DNA from: Candidatus Levyibacteriota bacterium
GTDB lineage: Bacteria > Patescibacteriota > Microgenomatia > Levybacterales > UBA12049
DNA: 64,000 nucleotides
Assembly: GCA_963722305.1 (NCBI GenBank)
Contig: CAVRKE010000001.1
Coordinates: 12,312-76,311 of the forward strand
Reading direction: 5' to 3'
Made by a program: the position numbers and the translations under genes. The notes beneath the pieces were generated by a model. It was not told where the DNA came from. It saw only the letters and a program-made list of their open reading frames with translations, and ran no database searches. Shown here one piece after another: positions 49,962 to 60,500 of this stretch (positions are counted from its first letter, which is position 1; every line of letters starts with the position of its first letter).

Positions 49962-51533
49962 CTACTTACGAACAGGTGTTACAAAAGAATAGTGGTAGAA
50001 GTTTAATTCTTCTTTTTGTTTAGGGGTAATTTCACTGACTTTAGTATTTAATACAAATAACCGGCTCCCTTTATTGTCTCTGTCAAGTTCCTGATACCTA
50101 TCGGCGTAATTTCCTAAAGCATATGGTACATAGTTTTGCCAAAGGCACTCACAGTAGACAAAAGTCGGAGGACTCCTTCGGAACATATCATCAATCGCTT
50201 TTGAAAGTTCCGGTACTCTGTCTACCCAGGCATAATCATAGGTCAGCGCCGAAGCATGCTTAATGCCGGCCTGCCAGTAAATAAGTGATTGGGCGGGTTT
50301 GATAAAAAGCGTGTCATTGTCGTTTTTCAGCATCTTAATTATCTGACCAATGTCTGTTTGTCTAGAATAATTAATATATAAATCTAAGGAAATATTTCTT
50401 TTGGAAGTAAGAGTTGGAAATATCGCGAAAATTAATACTCCCAGCCAAACCAGCAGGACTGAAGAAATGATTATTCTTGCCCTTTTTTTCGCTTCCGGCA
50501 ATAACGGAATGCAAAAGTAACCCGTGAAGGTAAGCAACAGCCCAAACCACGGCAATAGATGAAAGCCACTATAAATTTCTCCGCCAGCCGGGACATATCG
50601 CAGATTGGTCAGCCAAAGAAAAAGATATATCAGCAGGATTTCCAAATATTTTTTCTTCTTAATTAAATAGTAGGTAGCAATAAATAAACAGACTAGGAAA
50701 AATCTGATGACCCATATGATGTGGGTTTGGGGAGCACTCGGCAAGAAAGCCAAGATGGGAGAAAACATCCCCTGTAGATAAGAAATGACTCCGGTGTTTG
50801 TTACAGGAACGTAATATTTAAGATTTATAAATATGGCATCATGAATATAGCCGCCAAGCGAAGAAAACAGCAAAACCGGAATAATCACCGGCAGTAATCC
50901 AATGACAAAGGGAAGAATAAATTCGAGAATTTTTTTCCTCTGGTTATAGATTAAAAGAGCGGTGATTAACAACAGAAGCGGCCATAACGGAGCCAGCATA
51001 AAGAAAACAAAACCAACCAAAAATCCAAGAAAACAGTTTTCTATCGTCTGAAGTTTTCTTTGCCGTTCCAAAACAATTAGGGTAAGATAAACTGTCGGAT
51101 AAACGGCAAAAGTTTCCGCCAGAAAAAGATTACCAAACATCAGTATTTTTGTTAGCTCGTAAGTGACTATGAATGGTAATACCCGGTATTTGAAACGCAG
51201 GAAAAGCAAGATATCCCAAAGAATCGAAAAAAGAATGATTGCTTCTCTGTGCCTTCTAACTAATGAATGAATGCTGCTGGGATGTGTTACCTTTTCTATA
51301 CCTAGGCTAATGATGTATGTCAATGGCTGGTGTTGGGAAAAGACGTTGGAATATAATTTTTCTCCCTGGAGCAGAAAATTACCGACCGTAAAATTATCGT
51401 CTTCGTCGATGAATTGGATAGCAAAAATATTTCTTTCATAAAACAGAATAATTGCCAGAAAAAAAAGCAGAAAAAGTCCGATTATGAGAATATTCTTTTT
51501 GGAAGTGAATAATGTAGAAAGAGTTTGTTTCAC
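49962..51533 (-). CDS. Polytopic membrane protein with a C-terminal soluble domain, putative GT-C glycosyltransferase
   Basis: 523 aa. 'FIDEDDNFTVGNFLLQGEKLYSNVFSQHQPLTY' is an acidic first-loop motif plus an HPPL-like motif. About 11 TM helices. GTG start at 51533. Confidence 0.45.
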   Translation of the reverse strand: MKQTLSTLFTSKKNILIIGLFLLFFLAIILFYERNIFAIQFIDEDDNFTVGNFLLQGEKLYSNVFSQHQPLTYIISLGIEKVTHPSSIHSLVRRHREAIILFSILWDILLFLRFKYRVLPFIVTYELTKILMFGNLFLAETFAVYPTVYLTLIVLERQRKLQTIENCFLGFLVGFVFFMLAPLWPLLLLITALLIYNQRKKILEFILPFVIGLLPVIIPVLLFSSLGGYIHDAIFINLKYYVPVTNTGVISYLQGMFSPILAFLPSAPQTHIIWVIRFFLVCLFIATYYLIKKKKYLEILLIYLFLWLTNLRYVPAGGEIYSGFHLLPWFGLLLTFTGYFCIPLLPEAKKRARIIISSVLLVWLGVLIFAIFPTLTSKRNISLDLYINYSRQTDIGQIIKMLKNDNDTLFIKPAQSLIYWQAGIKHASALTYDYAWVDRVPELSKAIDDMFRRSPPTFVYCECLWQNYVPYALGNYADRYQELDRDNKGSRLFVLNTKVSEITPKQKEELNFYHYSFVTPVRK

Positions 51534-51561
51534 ACGACTAGTATGCTAGGAGCGTTAAGGA

Positions 51562-53124
51562 ATGTCAATAATCGCTAAAAATCTATGGTATTATAGTGAC
51601 AGAATGTTCTCCAAAAGATTTTTGAAATTATTTCTTGTCTTTTTTATTTTAATTAATTTATGTTTCTGTGCTTATCCGGTTTTGCACAATGATGTTGGGT
51701 ATAATACCGATACAGCCAGAGATCTTTTAATACTTCAAGACGTTGTTAGTACCCACAAATTACCTCTCATCGGACCTCACAGCGGCTTGACAGGACTTTT
51801 CCACGGTCCTTTGTGGGTCTACATTAATTTACCCGCTTTTATCTTGGGCAATGGTAATCCTGTTGTAGTCGGTTGGTTTTGGGTGTTTCTGATTGCGTGT
51901 GCAGTATGTTCCACTTACTATGTTGGGAAAAAGTTGTTTAACGATTACGTAGGGCTTTTAAGTGCTTTGGTAGTTACTCTAATGAGCATAAGCTATTCCA
52001 GTGGGCTGCTTAATCCTTTTGGCGCCGTAATATTTTCTCCCTTGTTTTTTTACTTTTTCTATAGATACGTTAAATCAGGAAAGCCTATTTATTTAGTATT
52101 GTCATTTTTTGTCACGGGTATTCTTATCCAGTTTGAAATTGTTTTTGGTGGGCCGATTTTAATTTTGTCCTTACTATTTCTGTTGTTCTTCCTTTTCAAA
52201 AAGAAAAAGCTAAAGCATTTATTTTCTGCATTTATTTTAATTATTCCATTGTCTACGTATATTGTATTTGAGCTAAGACATAACTTTTTGCAACTAAGGT
52301 CCATCATCGCCCAGGCTGGTTCCCACACCGGTGGCGCTAAAATGGCATTTTGGGCATTATTGCAGACACGAGTTGAGGGATTAGCGAATTCACTTTTATC
52401 TATTCCCAATGCTCCTTTTCTTTTGACAATATCCGTAATGTTGTTATTCATTTATATTGGTGTGAAAGCCTATAGGGATAAAAAACTCAAGAATAGGGAA
52501 TTCTATTTGTTATTTTTATATTTTTATCTGGGGTTTTGGCCACTGACGTTCTATCTTAACGGAGAAGTGATGGGCTATCACGTTTTGCCGTTTGTGCCGG
52601 TTGCTTTAATAATCTTATCTTCGAGTTATCTTTTGCTACGCAAGGAAATCCTGGCGGTGATTTTTGGTTTCGTGCTCTTTTTTAATTTCATCGTAGCACA
52701 AAATTCGTTACAGGCTTTTTCGGCAATGACGGGGCAAGGCACCGGCTCATGGAAGTTTATCCACCAGCTTGCCGAGTCGGTATTTAAAAATGCTCCTGCG
52801 CGGTTTGGCTATTTTTCTTTTACAGCCGACGAATTTGGCTATGGACCAAGATATGCGATGATTTTTACGAACAAAGAGTATCCGAAAAACTTAGCGCTAG
52901 CCAATACCAAAAGTTATGTTACTTATGCAATTATGGCGCCGACGGAAAACGGGGCAAACAACAACCGGGAGTGGTGGGTTAAGAATAAGGTAAGAATCGA
53001 CAATGCTCCGGTTAGTGTAAAAAATTACGCTAACGGGTACGAGGTAAACAAATACTCGTTAACCGACCAAGATATAAAAATTCCCTCAGACCCAAATTTA
53101 CTGAACGGGCTTTTCTTTCGCTAA
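51562..53124 (+). CDS. Family B polytopic membrane protein (putative GT-C)
   Basis: 'GYNTDTARDLLILQDVVSTHKLPLIGPHSGLTGLFHGPLWVYI'. AGGAG lies 9 nt upstream of the ATG. Confidence 0.5.
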   Translation: MSIIAKNLWYYSDRMFSKRFLKLFLVFFILINLCFCAYPVLHNDVGYNTDTARDLLILQDVVSTHKLPLIGPHSGLTGLFHGPLWVYINLPAFILGNGNPVVVGWFWVFLIACAVCSTYYVGKKLFNDYVGLLSALVVTLMSISYSSGLLNPFGAVIFSPLFFYFFYRYVKSGKPIYLVLSFFVTGILIQFEIVFGGPILILSLLFLLFFLFKKKKLKHLFSAFILIIPLSTYIVFELRHNFLQLRSIIAQAGSHTGGAKMAFWALLQTRVEGLANSLLSIPNAPFLLTISVMLLFIYIGVKAYRDKKLKNREFYLLFLYFYLGFWPLTFYLNGEVMGYHVLPFVPVALIILSSSYLLLRKEILAVIFGFVLFFNFIVAQNSLQAFSAMTGQGTGSWKFIHQLAESVFKNAPARFGYFSFTADEFGYGPRYAMIFTNKEYPKNLALANTKSYVTYAIMAPTENGANNNREWWVKNKVRIDNAPVSVKNYANGYEVNKYSLTDQDIKIPSDPNLLNGLFFR

Positions 53125-53136
53125 TGAGCACTTAAT

Positions 53137-53166
53137 TTGGCTAAGAGGCTTCAAAAATGGTAAAAT
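53137..53166 (+). promoter_or_regulatory. Candidate sigma70-like promoter (TTGGCT-18-TGgTAAAAT) in the 157-bp gap upstream of the GtrB-like gene
   Basis: TTGGCT 53137-53142, an 18-nt spacer, and TAAAAT 53161-53166 with TG extended -10. Confidence 0.35.
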
Positions 53167-53281
53167 CAGACCAGGGATAAGTTATAAGACATAAGATTTA
53201 AGAGAAAGGATTAAGCACATTTTCAGGATTAAATAATATATCTTTCATAAATCTTAAGTCATAGGTCTTAATTCTCTAAAT

Positions 53282-54214
53282 ATGATTAGCGCAGTAATTC
53301 CGGTTTTTAACGAAGAAGAAAGTCTTAATAAATTTTATTCCGTATTAACACTTGCTCTCTCAAAGCTTGGTGCTTACGAAATTATTTTCGTCGATGACGG
53401 TTCCACCGATTCTTCGTTGACGCTCATGAAAAAACTGGCTGCGAAAGACAAGAAAATCAGAATTTTTTCATTCCGGACAAATCATGGAAAAGCCGAAGGT
53501 TTAACTTTGGGTTTTCAAATGGCTAAAGGCGATTATATCGTCACGTTGGACGCGGATTTACAGGACAGGCCGGAAGAAATAAAAAATCTTCTAAAGAAAC
53601 TTAAAGAAGGCTATGACCTGGTTTCCGGCTGGAGAAAAAACAGGAAAGACGCGTTGAAAACCAAGCTTTCTTCAAAGCTTTTTAACTACGTCATGAATTC
53701 TTTTTGGGGAGTGCATTTGCACGATTACAATTGCGGTTTAAAAATTTATACAAAGCAAGCTGCCAAGAGTCTAAATATGTACGGAGGAATGTATCGTTTT
53801 ATTCCGCTTTTAGCCGCGGAAAAGGGTTTTGAGGTTACGGAAGTACCGGTGGTGCATGAAAAAAGACAATACGGTAAATCGAAATACGGATTTTCAAAAA
53901 TTTTCAGAGATGTCCCGGATATGTTTACGATACTTTTCCTTTCGCGATACGCCAAACGCCCCTTACATTTTTTTGGGTTTATCGGCGGGGTAGCTACATT
54001 GGCTGGCTCAATTATTCTTTTATATCTGTATATTTTGCGGTTGATGGGGCAGAGAGTGGGAACAAGACCGCTTTTGACTTTCGGGATGCTTTTAGTGCTA
54101 GCTGGTTTTCAGGTTTTGTTTACGGGATTCCTGGCGGATTTAATTTTACACATCACACAAAAAGACAAAGATGGCGATTCATACGAAAACGAGTTGAAAT
54201 ATAAAACTAAATGA
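53282..54214 (+). CDS. GtrB/ArnC/DPM1-like polyprenyl-phosphate glycosyltransferase (GT2 with C-terminal TM anchor)
   Basis: 'ISAVIPVFNEEESL', 'IIFVDDGSTDSS', 'TLDADLQDRPEEI' and 'VSGWRKNRKD', plus two C-terminal TM helices ('FFGFIGGVATLAGSIILLYLYIL..LLVLAGFQVLFTGFLADLIL'). This is the classic GtrB/ArnC layout. Confidence 0.85.
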   Translation: MISAVIPVFNEEESLNKFYSVLTLALSKLGAYEIIFVDDGSTDSSLTLMKKLAAKDKKIRIFSFRTNHGKAEGLTLGFQMAKGDYIVTLDADLQDRPEEIKNLLKKLKEGYDLVSGWRKNRKDALKTKLSSKLFNYVMNSFWGVHLHDYNCGLKIYTKQAAKSLNMYGGMYRFIPLLAAEKGFEVTEVPVVHEKRQYGKSKYGFSKIFRDVPDMFTILFLSRYAKRPLHFFGFIGGVATLAGSIILLYLYILRLMGQRVGTRPLLTFGMLLVLAGFQVLFTGFLADLILHITQKDKDGDSYENELKYKTK

Positions 54215-54780
54215 AAATAGGAATTGATATTTCACAATTAGCATATCCTAATACAGGAGTTGCAAATTACCTGCAAAAGCTCGTTAATAACCTCATCGAA
54301 ATGGACAAGAAAAACCAGTACGTGTTATTTTTCTCAAGTTTGAGAAAAACAATTCATAATTCACAATTCATAATTCACAATTCTAACGTCAAAATAAAAA
54401 CTTTTAAGATTCCTCCGACAATTTTGGACATTCTTTGGAACAAGCTGCATATTCTAGCGATTGAAAATTTTATTGGTCCAGTTGATGTGTTTATTACTTC
54501 GGACTGGACAGAACCACCAGTCAAACATGCCAAGAAAGCGACCATTCTTTATGACTTGATTGTTTATAAATATCCGGAAGAAACTCACAATAAAACCAGT
54601 TTTAATCCTCTTAAGTTGATTATTTCACCAAATATTGTCGCTTCACAAAAAAGAAAACTCAACTGGGCGAAAAAAGAATCGGCGATGTTTTTCTGTATTT
54701 CAGAGGCGACTAAAAAAGACGCCGTTCAAATTCTTGGTATCTCTGAAAATAAATTAGCTGTGATAAACGCAGGAATTTGA
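54211..54780 (+). CDS. GT4 N-terminal domain only (truncated glycosyltransferase remnant)
   Basis: 189 aa: 'MKIGIDISQLAYPNTGVANYL' ... 'NKLAVINAGI*'. It stops at the N/C domain boundary. No C-terminal E-x7-E domain follows. It contains (AATTCATAATTCAC)x2. Confidence 0.5.
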   Translation: MKIGIDISQLAYPNTGVANYLQKLVNNLIEMDKKNQYVLFFSSLRKTIHNSQFIIHNSNVKIKTFKIPPTILDILWNKLHILAIENFIGPVDVFITSDWTEPPVKHAKKATILYDLIVYKYPEETHNKTSFNPLKLIISPNIVASQKRKLNWAKKESAMFFCISEATKKDAVQILGISENKLAVINAGI

Positions 54781-54855
54781 ACAAGTTATAAAGTTTGTAA
54801 AGTACGGAGTTCATAAAGTACTTTACAACTTTAAACATTATAACTTTATAAACTT
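54781..54855. repeat. Palindromic intergenic repeat R1 (centre AAAGTACTTT; arms AAGTTATAAAGTT / AACTTTATAAACTT)
   Basis: Read directly from the sequence. It is an imperfect 75-nt inverted repeat ending at the ATG of 54856. It is related to the repeat at 56529-56604. Confidence 0.55.
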
Positions 54856-55971
54856 ATGTTGATTGGCATCGACGGGAACGAAGCAAATGTACAAAAGCGG
54901 GTGGGTATCGGCGAGTATGCATACGAACTGCTGACGCAGTTCGAGAGATTTAAGATTAATGATTTAAGATTTAAGATTTATCTCAAGAATGCCCCGATGG
55001 GGCATATGCCGAAGGAAAGAGAAGGGTGGAAGTACCAGGTATTTGGCCCGAGGAAAATGTGGACCCAATTTGCTTTGCCTCTGAATTTGTTTTTAAGCAG
55101 GCCAAAACCGGTTGTATTTTTTAGTCCCAGCCATTATGCTCCGCGGTTTTCTCCGGTTCCGACCGCGATTTCAATTATGGATTTGTCCTATATCCATTTT
55201 TCCGAGCTTTTTACCAAACACGATTTATATCAATTAATCAATTGGACCAAATACTCCGCAAAAAACGCTCGGAAAATATTCACAATCAGTAATTTTAGTA
55301 GGGATGATATAATCAAAACATACGAGAAAAGACCGGAGGACGTGGTCACGACGTATCTTGGGATAAAGGAGATTAAAGATTCAGGATTAAAGATTAAAGA
55401 TATGGACGAACTAGAAAAAAAGTTCAAGATTACAAAACCTTACATTCTGTTTGTTGGTACTTTGCAGCCCCGAAAAAACATTGTCAGACTAATTGAAGCC
55501 TTCTCCAAAATTAAAGACAAAACAGTCAAATTAATAGTTGTTGGTAAAAAGGGCTGGTTGTGGGAAGAGATTATTCAGGCTCCGGAAAAGTTTGGGGTTT
55601 TAGAAAGAGTCAAGTTTCTGGATTTTGTCAAAGATGAAGACCTCCCGGGGCTTTATAAAAATGCGCTTTGTTTTGTTTTGCCCAGTCTTTATGAAGGTTT
55701 CGGCTTGCCGGTTCTGGAAGCGATGAAATACGGCTGCCCGGTTTTAGTCAGTAATGTCTCCAGTCTTCCCGAAGTTGGAGGAGATGCTGCTGTGTATTTT
55801 AATCCGCAAAACACGGATGAGATTACTCAACAGCTGGATAAAGTTCTGTCCGATGAAGAGCTAAGGAAAGAAATGGTTAAAAAAGGTTATAATCAGGTTA
55901 AGCAGTTTTCTTGGGAAAAAGCGGCGTCCGAAACGCTTCGCGTTTTGGAGGAATTAGGAGGTAAGAAGTAA
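54856..55971 (+). CDS. GT4 glycosyltransferase
   Basis: '[28 protein letters not shown]'. It contains two heptad-periodic repeat tracts (54946-54980 and 55371-55405). Confidence 0.8.
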   Translation: MLIGIDGNEANVQKRVGIGEYAYELLTQFERFKINDLRFKIYLKNAPMGHMPKEREGWKYQVFGPRKMWTQFALPLNLFLSRPKPVVFFSPSHYAPRFSPVPTAISIMDLSYIHFSELFTKHDLYQLINWTKYSAKNARKIFTISNFSRDDIIKTYEKRPEDVVTTYLGIKEIKDSGLKIKDMDELEKKFKITKPYILFVGTLQPRKNIVRLIEAFSKIKDKTVKLIVVGKKGWLWEEIIQAPEKFGVLERVKFLDFVKDEDLPGLYKNALCFVLPSLYEGFGLPVLEAMKYGCPVLVSNVSSLPEVGGDAAVYFNPQNTDEITQQLDKVLSDEELRKEMVKKGYNQVKQFSWEKAASETLRVLEELGGKK

Positions 55972-55976
55972 GAATT

Positions 55977-56528
55977 ATGAATAGAGTCGCCAGGAGGATA
56001 AAAACGGTATTTTGGGAATTAGTCTGTTGGAAATTAGCAGTTACAGGTTATATTCCCTCGCATTATTTAAGAAGATTTGTTTACCGTTTTTGGGGAGTAA
56101 AGATTGGTAGTGGTTCAACCATGCATATGCACGCCTCTTTTTATTATCCGCCGAACGTCACAATTGGTGAAGACACGATAATCGGTGAGAAGGTGGTTTT
56201 AGACGGAAGAGCTAAGCTTGTAATCGGTAACCACGTTGATATCGCCAGCGAAGTGATGATTTATAATTCCGAACATGATCTAAACGACGAAAACTTTAAA
56301 GCCATTTCCGAACCGGTGACAGTTGAGGATTATGTGTTTATCGGGCCAAGAGCAATTATTCTACCCGGGGTCACAATTCACAAAGGCGCGGTGGTTGCCG
56401 CCGGTGCGGTGGTCACCAAAGATGTACCGGAATTTGTGGTTGTCGGGGGAGTACCGGCTAAAGAAATTGCCCAAAGAGAAAATAAAAATCCTAATTATAA
56501 ACTTGGTAGAGCCGCTTGGTTTCGATAA
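55977..56528 (+). CDS. Hexapeptide-repeat (left-handed beta-helix) sugar O-acetyltransferase (WcaF/maltose-acetyltransferase-like)
   Basis: 'IGEDTIIGEKVVLDGRAKLVIGNHVDIASEVMIYN' and 'VFIGPRAIILPGVTIHKGAVVAAGAVVTKDV'. Confidence 0.75.
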   Translation: MNRVARRIKTVFWELVCWKLAVTGYIPSHYLRRFVYRFWGVKIGSGSTMHMHASFYYPPNVTIGEDTIIGEKVVLDGRAKLVIGNHVDIASEVMIYNSEHDLNDENFKAISEPVTVEDYVFIGPRAIILPGVTIHKGAVVAAGAVVTKDVPEFVVVGGVPAKEIAQRENKNPNYKLGRAAWFR

Positions 56529-56604
56529 CGAAGTTCATAAAGTTAAAAGTTCATGAGTGTAATAAAGTACTTTATAGACTTTTGACTTTACAAACTTTTA
56601 ACTT
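56529..56604. repeat. Palindromic intergenic repeat R2 (same family as R1)
   Basis: 'GAAGTTCATAAAGTT...AATAAAGTACTTTAT...ACTTTACAAACTTTTAACTT' ending at the ATG of 56605. It shares GTTCATAAAGT and ATAAAGTACTTTA with R1. Confidence 0.55.
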
Positions 56605-57483
56605 ATGACAGACTTGTCAATAATTATTTTAAATTACAATACCAAAGATTTAACCGTTGAGTGTATAAATTCCATCGTTTCGCAATATAAAGAAGAATTG
56701 GATAAAGGGATTTTTGAAATTATCTTGGTTGATAATGCCTCAAGCGACGGAAGTATCGAAAAACTGGCAAGACTTAAAACACAAATTCCAAATCTAAATT
56801 TAAGCGAAAGCCAAGAAAACTTGGGGTTTTCGAAAGGCTGTAATTTGGGGGCAAATAGCGCAAAAGGGGATTATCTATTATTTTTAAATTCGGACACCGA
56901 AATTAAGGACCAGGGACTAAAAAAAATGGTTGAGTATCTGAAAAAAAATAAAAAAATCGGCATTTTAGGTGCCGCATTGAAAAATGAGGACGGCACCACC
57001 CAGCCCTCAACCGGAAAATTTTATAATCTTATAAATCTTTTTTTAATGTTGTTGGGTTTTGAGCGCTTAGGATTTTTAAGAGACAGTCCGAAAGAAATTA
57101 AAAAAGTCGATTGGGTCAGCGGGGCAGCGCTAATGATAAAGAGGAAAATTTTTAAGATAATCGGGGGATTTGAAAAAGAGCTGTTTATGTACGGAGAAGA
57201 CATGGAGCTTTGTTTTAGGGCCAACAAAAACGGTTTTCCGACTTTTTTCTATCCAGAAATTATTTTATTCCATAAACAAAGAGGCAGCAGTAATCGCACT
57301 TTTGCCATAGTCAATATTTATAAGTCATTGCTCTTTTTTTACAAAAAATATAAACCGGGTTGGCAATACGAAATTGCCAGGTTTCTATTACACTCAAAAT
57401 CTTCTATACTTAACACGGTTGGACTCTTAACCAATAATAAGTACTTAAAAGAAACTTATGGGCAAACTCTGGAACTGTTTTAA
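56605..57483 (+). CDS. GT2 glycosyltransferase
   Basis: 'LSIIILNYNTKDLTVECINSI', 'IILVDNASSDGS', 'LNSDTEI' and 'YGEDMELC'. Confidence 0.8.
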   Translation: MTDLSIIILNYNTKDLTVECINSIVSQYKEELDKGIFEIILVDNASSDGSIEKLARLKTQIPNLNLSESQENLGFSKGCNLGANSAKGDYLLFLNSDTEIKDQGLKKMVEYLKKNKKIGILGAALKNEDGTTQPSTGKFYNLINLFLMLLGFERLGFLRDSPKEIKKVDWVSGAALMIKRKIFKIIGGFEKELFMYGEDMELCFRANKNGFPTFFYPEIILFHKQRGSSNRTFAIVNIYKSLLFFYKKYKPGWQYEIARFLLHSKSSILNTVGLLTNNKYLKETYGQTLELF

Positions 57484-57507
57484 AATTTATTCGTCAACAT
57501 CAAGAAT

Positions 57508-60500
57508 ATGAAAAAGATTTTTTCTTGGATAAAAAGTAATATTTTATTTGTTGAAACTTTAATTCTTTTAGCCTTTATCCCTCTGTATCCCAAATTGCCC
57601 TTGATAAATGTCAGAAATACTTGGGTTTATGTCAGAGCAGAAGATTTTTTAATCGTGATTGTTTTAATTTCGTGGGCAATACTGCTTCTTCGAAAGAAGA
57701 TTTCTCTTAGGACTCCTCTGACTATCCCCATACTCATTTTTTGGCTGATTGGTGCAGTTTCCACCATTCATGGAGTGTTTTTAATCTTTCCAACCATTGC
57801 GAATGTTTTTCCAAACGTCGCCTTTTTAACGCTTTTAAGGCATATCGAATACCTTAGCTTATTCTTTATTGCTTTCCAGGGAATGAAGGACAAAAGCTAC
57901 CTGAGAAGTGTGATAGCAGTGCTGGTCCTGACTCTTTTAGGAGTTATTTTTTATGGTTTTGGGCAGAGGTATTTAGGTTTTCCGGCATTTCTAACCGGCA
58001 ATGAACAATTTGCTAAAGGAATTCCTCTTCAACTTTCGCAACTTTCCCGGATTCCCTCTACTTTTGCCGGAGACTATGATTTGGCAGCCTACTTAGTTTT
58101 AATTATTCCAATTATTGTCAGTCTTATTTTTGGAATAAGAAATTATTTAATAAAAGGACTGCTGTTTGCAACTTCTATTTTGGCATTCATTCTGCTTTTT
58201 ATGACTGTATCGCGAGTATCATTCTTCGCTGTTTTTGTTGCCTTACTAATAATCTTATTTTTTCAAAAAAGAAAAGTATTATTTGTCATTGTGCCATTAG
58301 TAGTGATTGCCCTAGTTCTAGTGTTGAGCTTTAAACCGGCGCTACTGAATAGATTTAATAGTACGGTAAAAGATGTCAATGTTTTAGTGGATGCCAAAAC
58401 AGGGGCATCAATAGGGAGTGTGGAGTATGTTCCAAATAGCTTATTTAAAAACGGAATCGTTTTGCAAACAAGGGTTAGCGACGTGAATGAACTTGCCGGT
58501 GCGATGTCAGGACAACTTGGTGCGCCCACAGCTTCTTTACCGGCAGTCCTTTCCTTTGATTATATCCCACCGGAAGTGCCCTTAGTACATGCGATTAATG
58601 TTTCAAACGGAGAGAGTCTTCCCCAGGGGACAGCTTATATTAATCTGCCGCTTTCACCGGTGGTTAAGCGGGTGGAAAATTTCTTCTATGAGTTTTCTCC
58701 AAATATTAAAGCCTCTTCTTCTGCCCGATTTATTGATATACACGGTAACTTTATTATTAAGAAAGCGGCGGCTTATGATTTATCTTTTACCACCAGATTT
58801 CAGGGTGAATGGCCAAGAACAATCGCCGCTTTTGAGAAGGATGTCATCTTCGGCAGTGGTTACGGCTCAGTCAGTTTGGCAGTAGACAACAATTATCTAA
58901 GAATGCTTGGCGAAATAGGCCTTTTAGGCTTGAGCGCTTTTTTTGCGATCTTTATTTCTTTTGGCATTTACCTAAAAAAAGGCTGGCCGGACATTCATTC
59001 TTCCCTTGAGAAAAGTTTTGTTCTCGGATTTGTCGCCGGACTGATAGGATTAGGGCTGAACGCAATCCTGATTGATGTTTTTGAAGCCTCAAAAGTCGCT
59101 TATACGTTATGGCTTTTAACTGGAGTGACCCTGGGAATTGTGGCTTTAAATATGAAGAGTAGAGTAGATTTATTGTCAGAGCTGAAGAAGCTGGTTACTT
59201 CTGTCTACGCTGTAATTATTGCTCTCTTCGGTCTTGCAACAGTGATGTATATTTCCATGCTAAATAATTTTTTTGTGGCAGATGATTTTACGTGGCTGAG
59301 ATGGGCGGCTCAAGCGCCGGCTAATCTGTTAACTTATTTCACCCAGGCAGACGGATTCTTCTACCGACCGGGCACTAAACTTTATTTTTATTTAATGTAT
59401 CAATTTTTCTGGTTAAATCCGGTTGCCTATCATCTTGTTTCATTTGTTTTGCATTTTGCCATGTCTGTTCTTTTCTTTGTTCTGGCTAAAAAGATTTTTA
59501 AGAGTAAATTGCTGGCAACACTGTGTGCAATTCTCTTTTTAGTAATGAGCGGATTCACGGAAAACATCTTTTGGATTGCCGCCACCGGACACATGATTAA
59601 TGCCGTATTGGGTCTTTTAGGTCTGCTTCTGTTTATCCAATGGGAAGAAAAAAAGAATAAATATTATTATCTTTTGTCATTGGGAAGTTTTGCGCTGGCG
59701 CTGTTCTTTCATGAGCTTGGTGTTATATTCCCTCTTTTGATTTTGGCTTATAAAGCCAAAGACGGATGGAAATCGGTTAAGAATATGCTTTTAAGAAAAG
59801 ATTGGCTTTTCCTGTTTGTACCGGTAATTGGCTATTTAATTTTAAGATTTTTGGCCAACAGTCACTGGCAAGGTGGGGACTATAGCTATAACTTATTTAA
59901 GCTGCCGTTTAACTTTATCGGCAACGCTTTGGGCTATGCAGCTTTAGTGCTGGTTGGACCATCGTCGCTTAACTTTTATGCAAAATTAAGGACACTGACC
60001 AGTGGGCATTTGGCTATTCTGCTTGGTGGTGTTATTGTCTTACTAGCTTTACTGGCGCTTTTATATCTGGCGTTTAAGAAATTTTTAGGCAAAGAGGAAA
60101 AATCAATTGTCGTATTTGGCTTAAGCTTTTTCGTAGTTGCGCTTTTACCTTTCTTGGGGCTTGGTAATATCACTTCCAGGTACTGTTATTTGGCTTCTTT
60201 GGGTTTAATAGTAATTGTAATAATGCTTCTTAAAAAAGTTTATTACTATCTTCGGTTTGACAGCGGTAAGGAGATTTCATTGGCAGTGGTTGTCCTTTTG
60301 TTTATGGTTTATTCGTTCTTCCAGGTTATTTCCGTACAGCAGAGCGCTTCCAATTGGGCTGGGGCGGCAAGCGAAACCAATAACTTTTTTATCTCCTTTG
60401 ATGCTTCTTATACCGATTCCTGGACGACCCAAGCGACAAAGTTCCATTTCATAAACGTTCCTACCAAGGTTGGTGATGCTTGGGTATTCCCGGTCGGACT

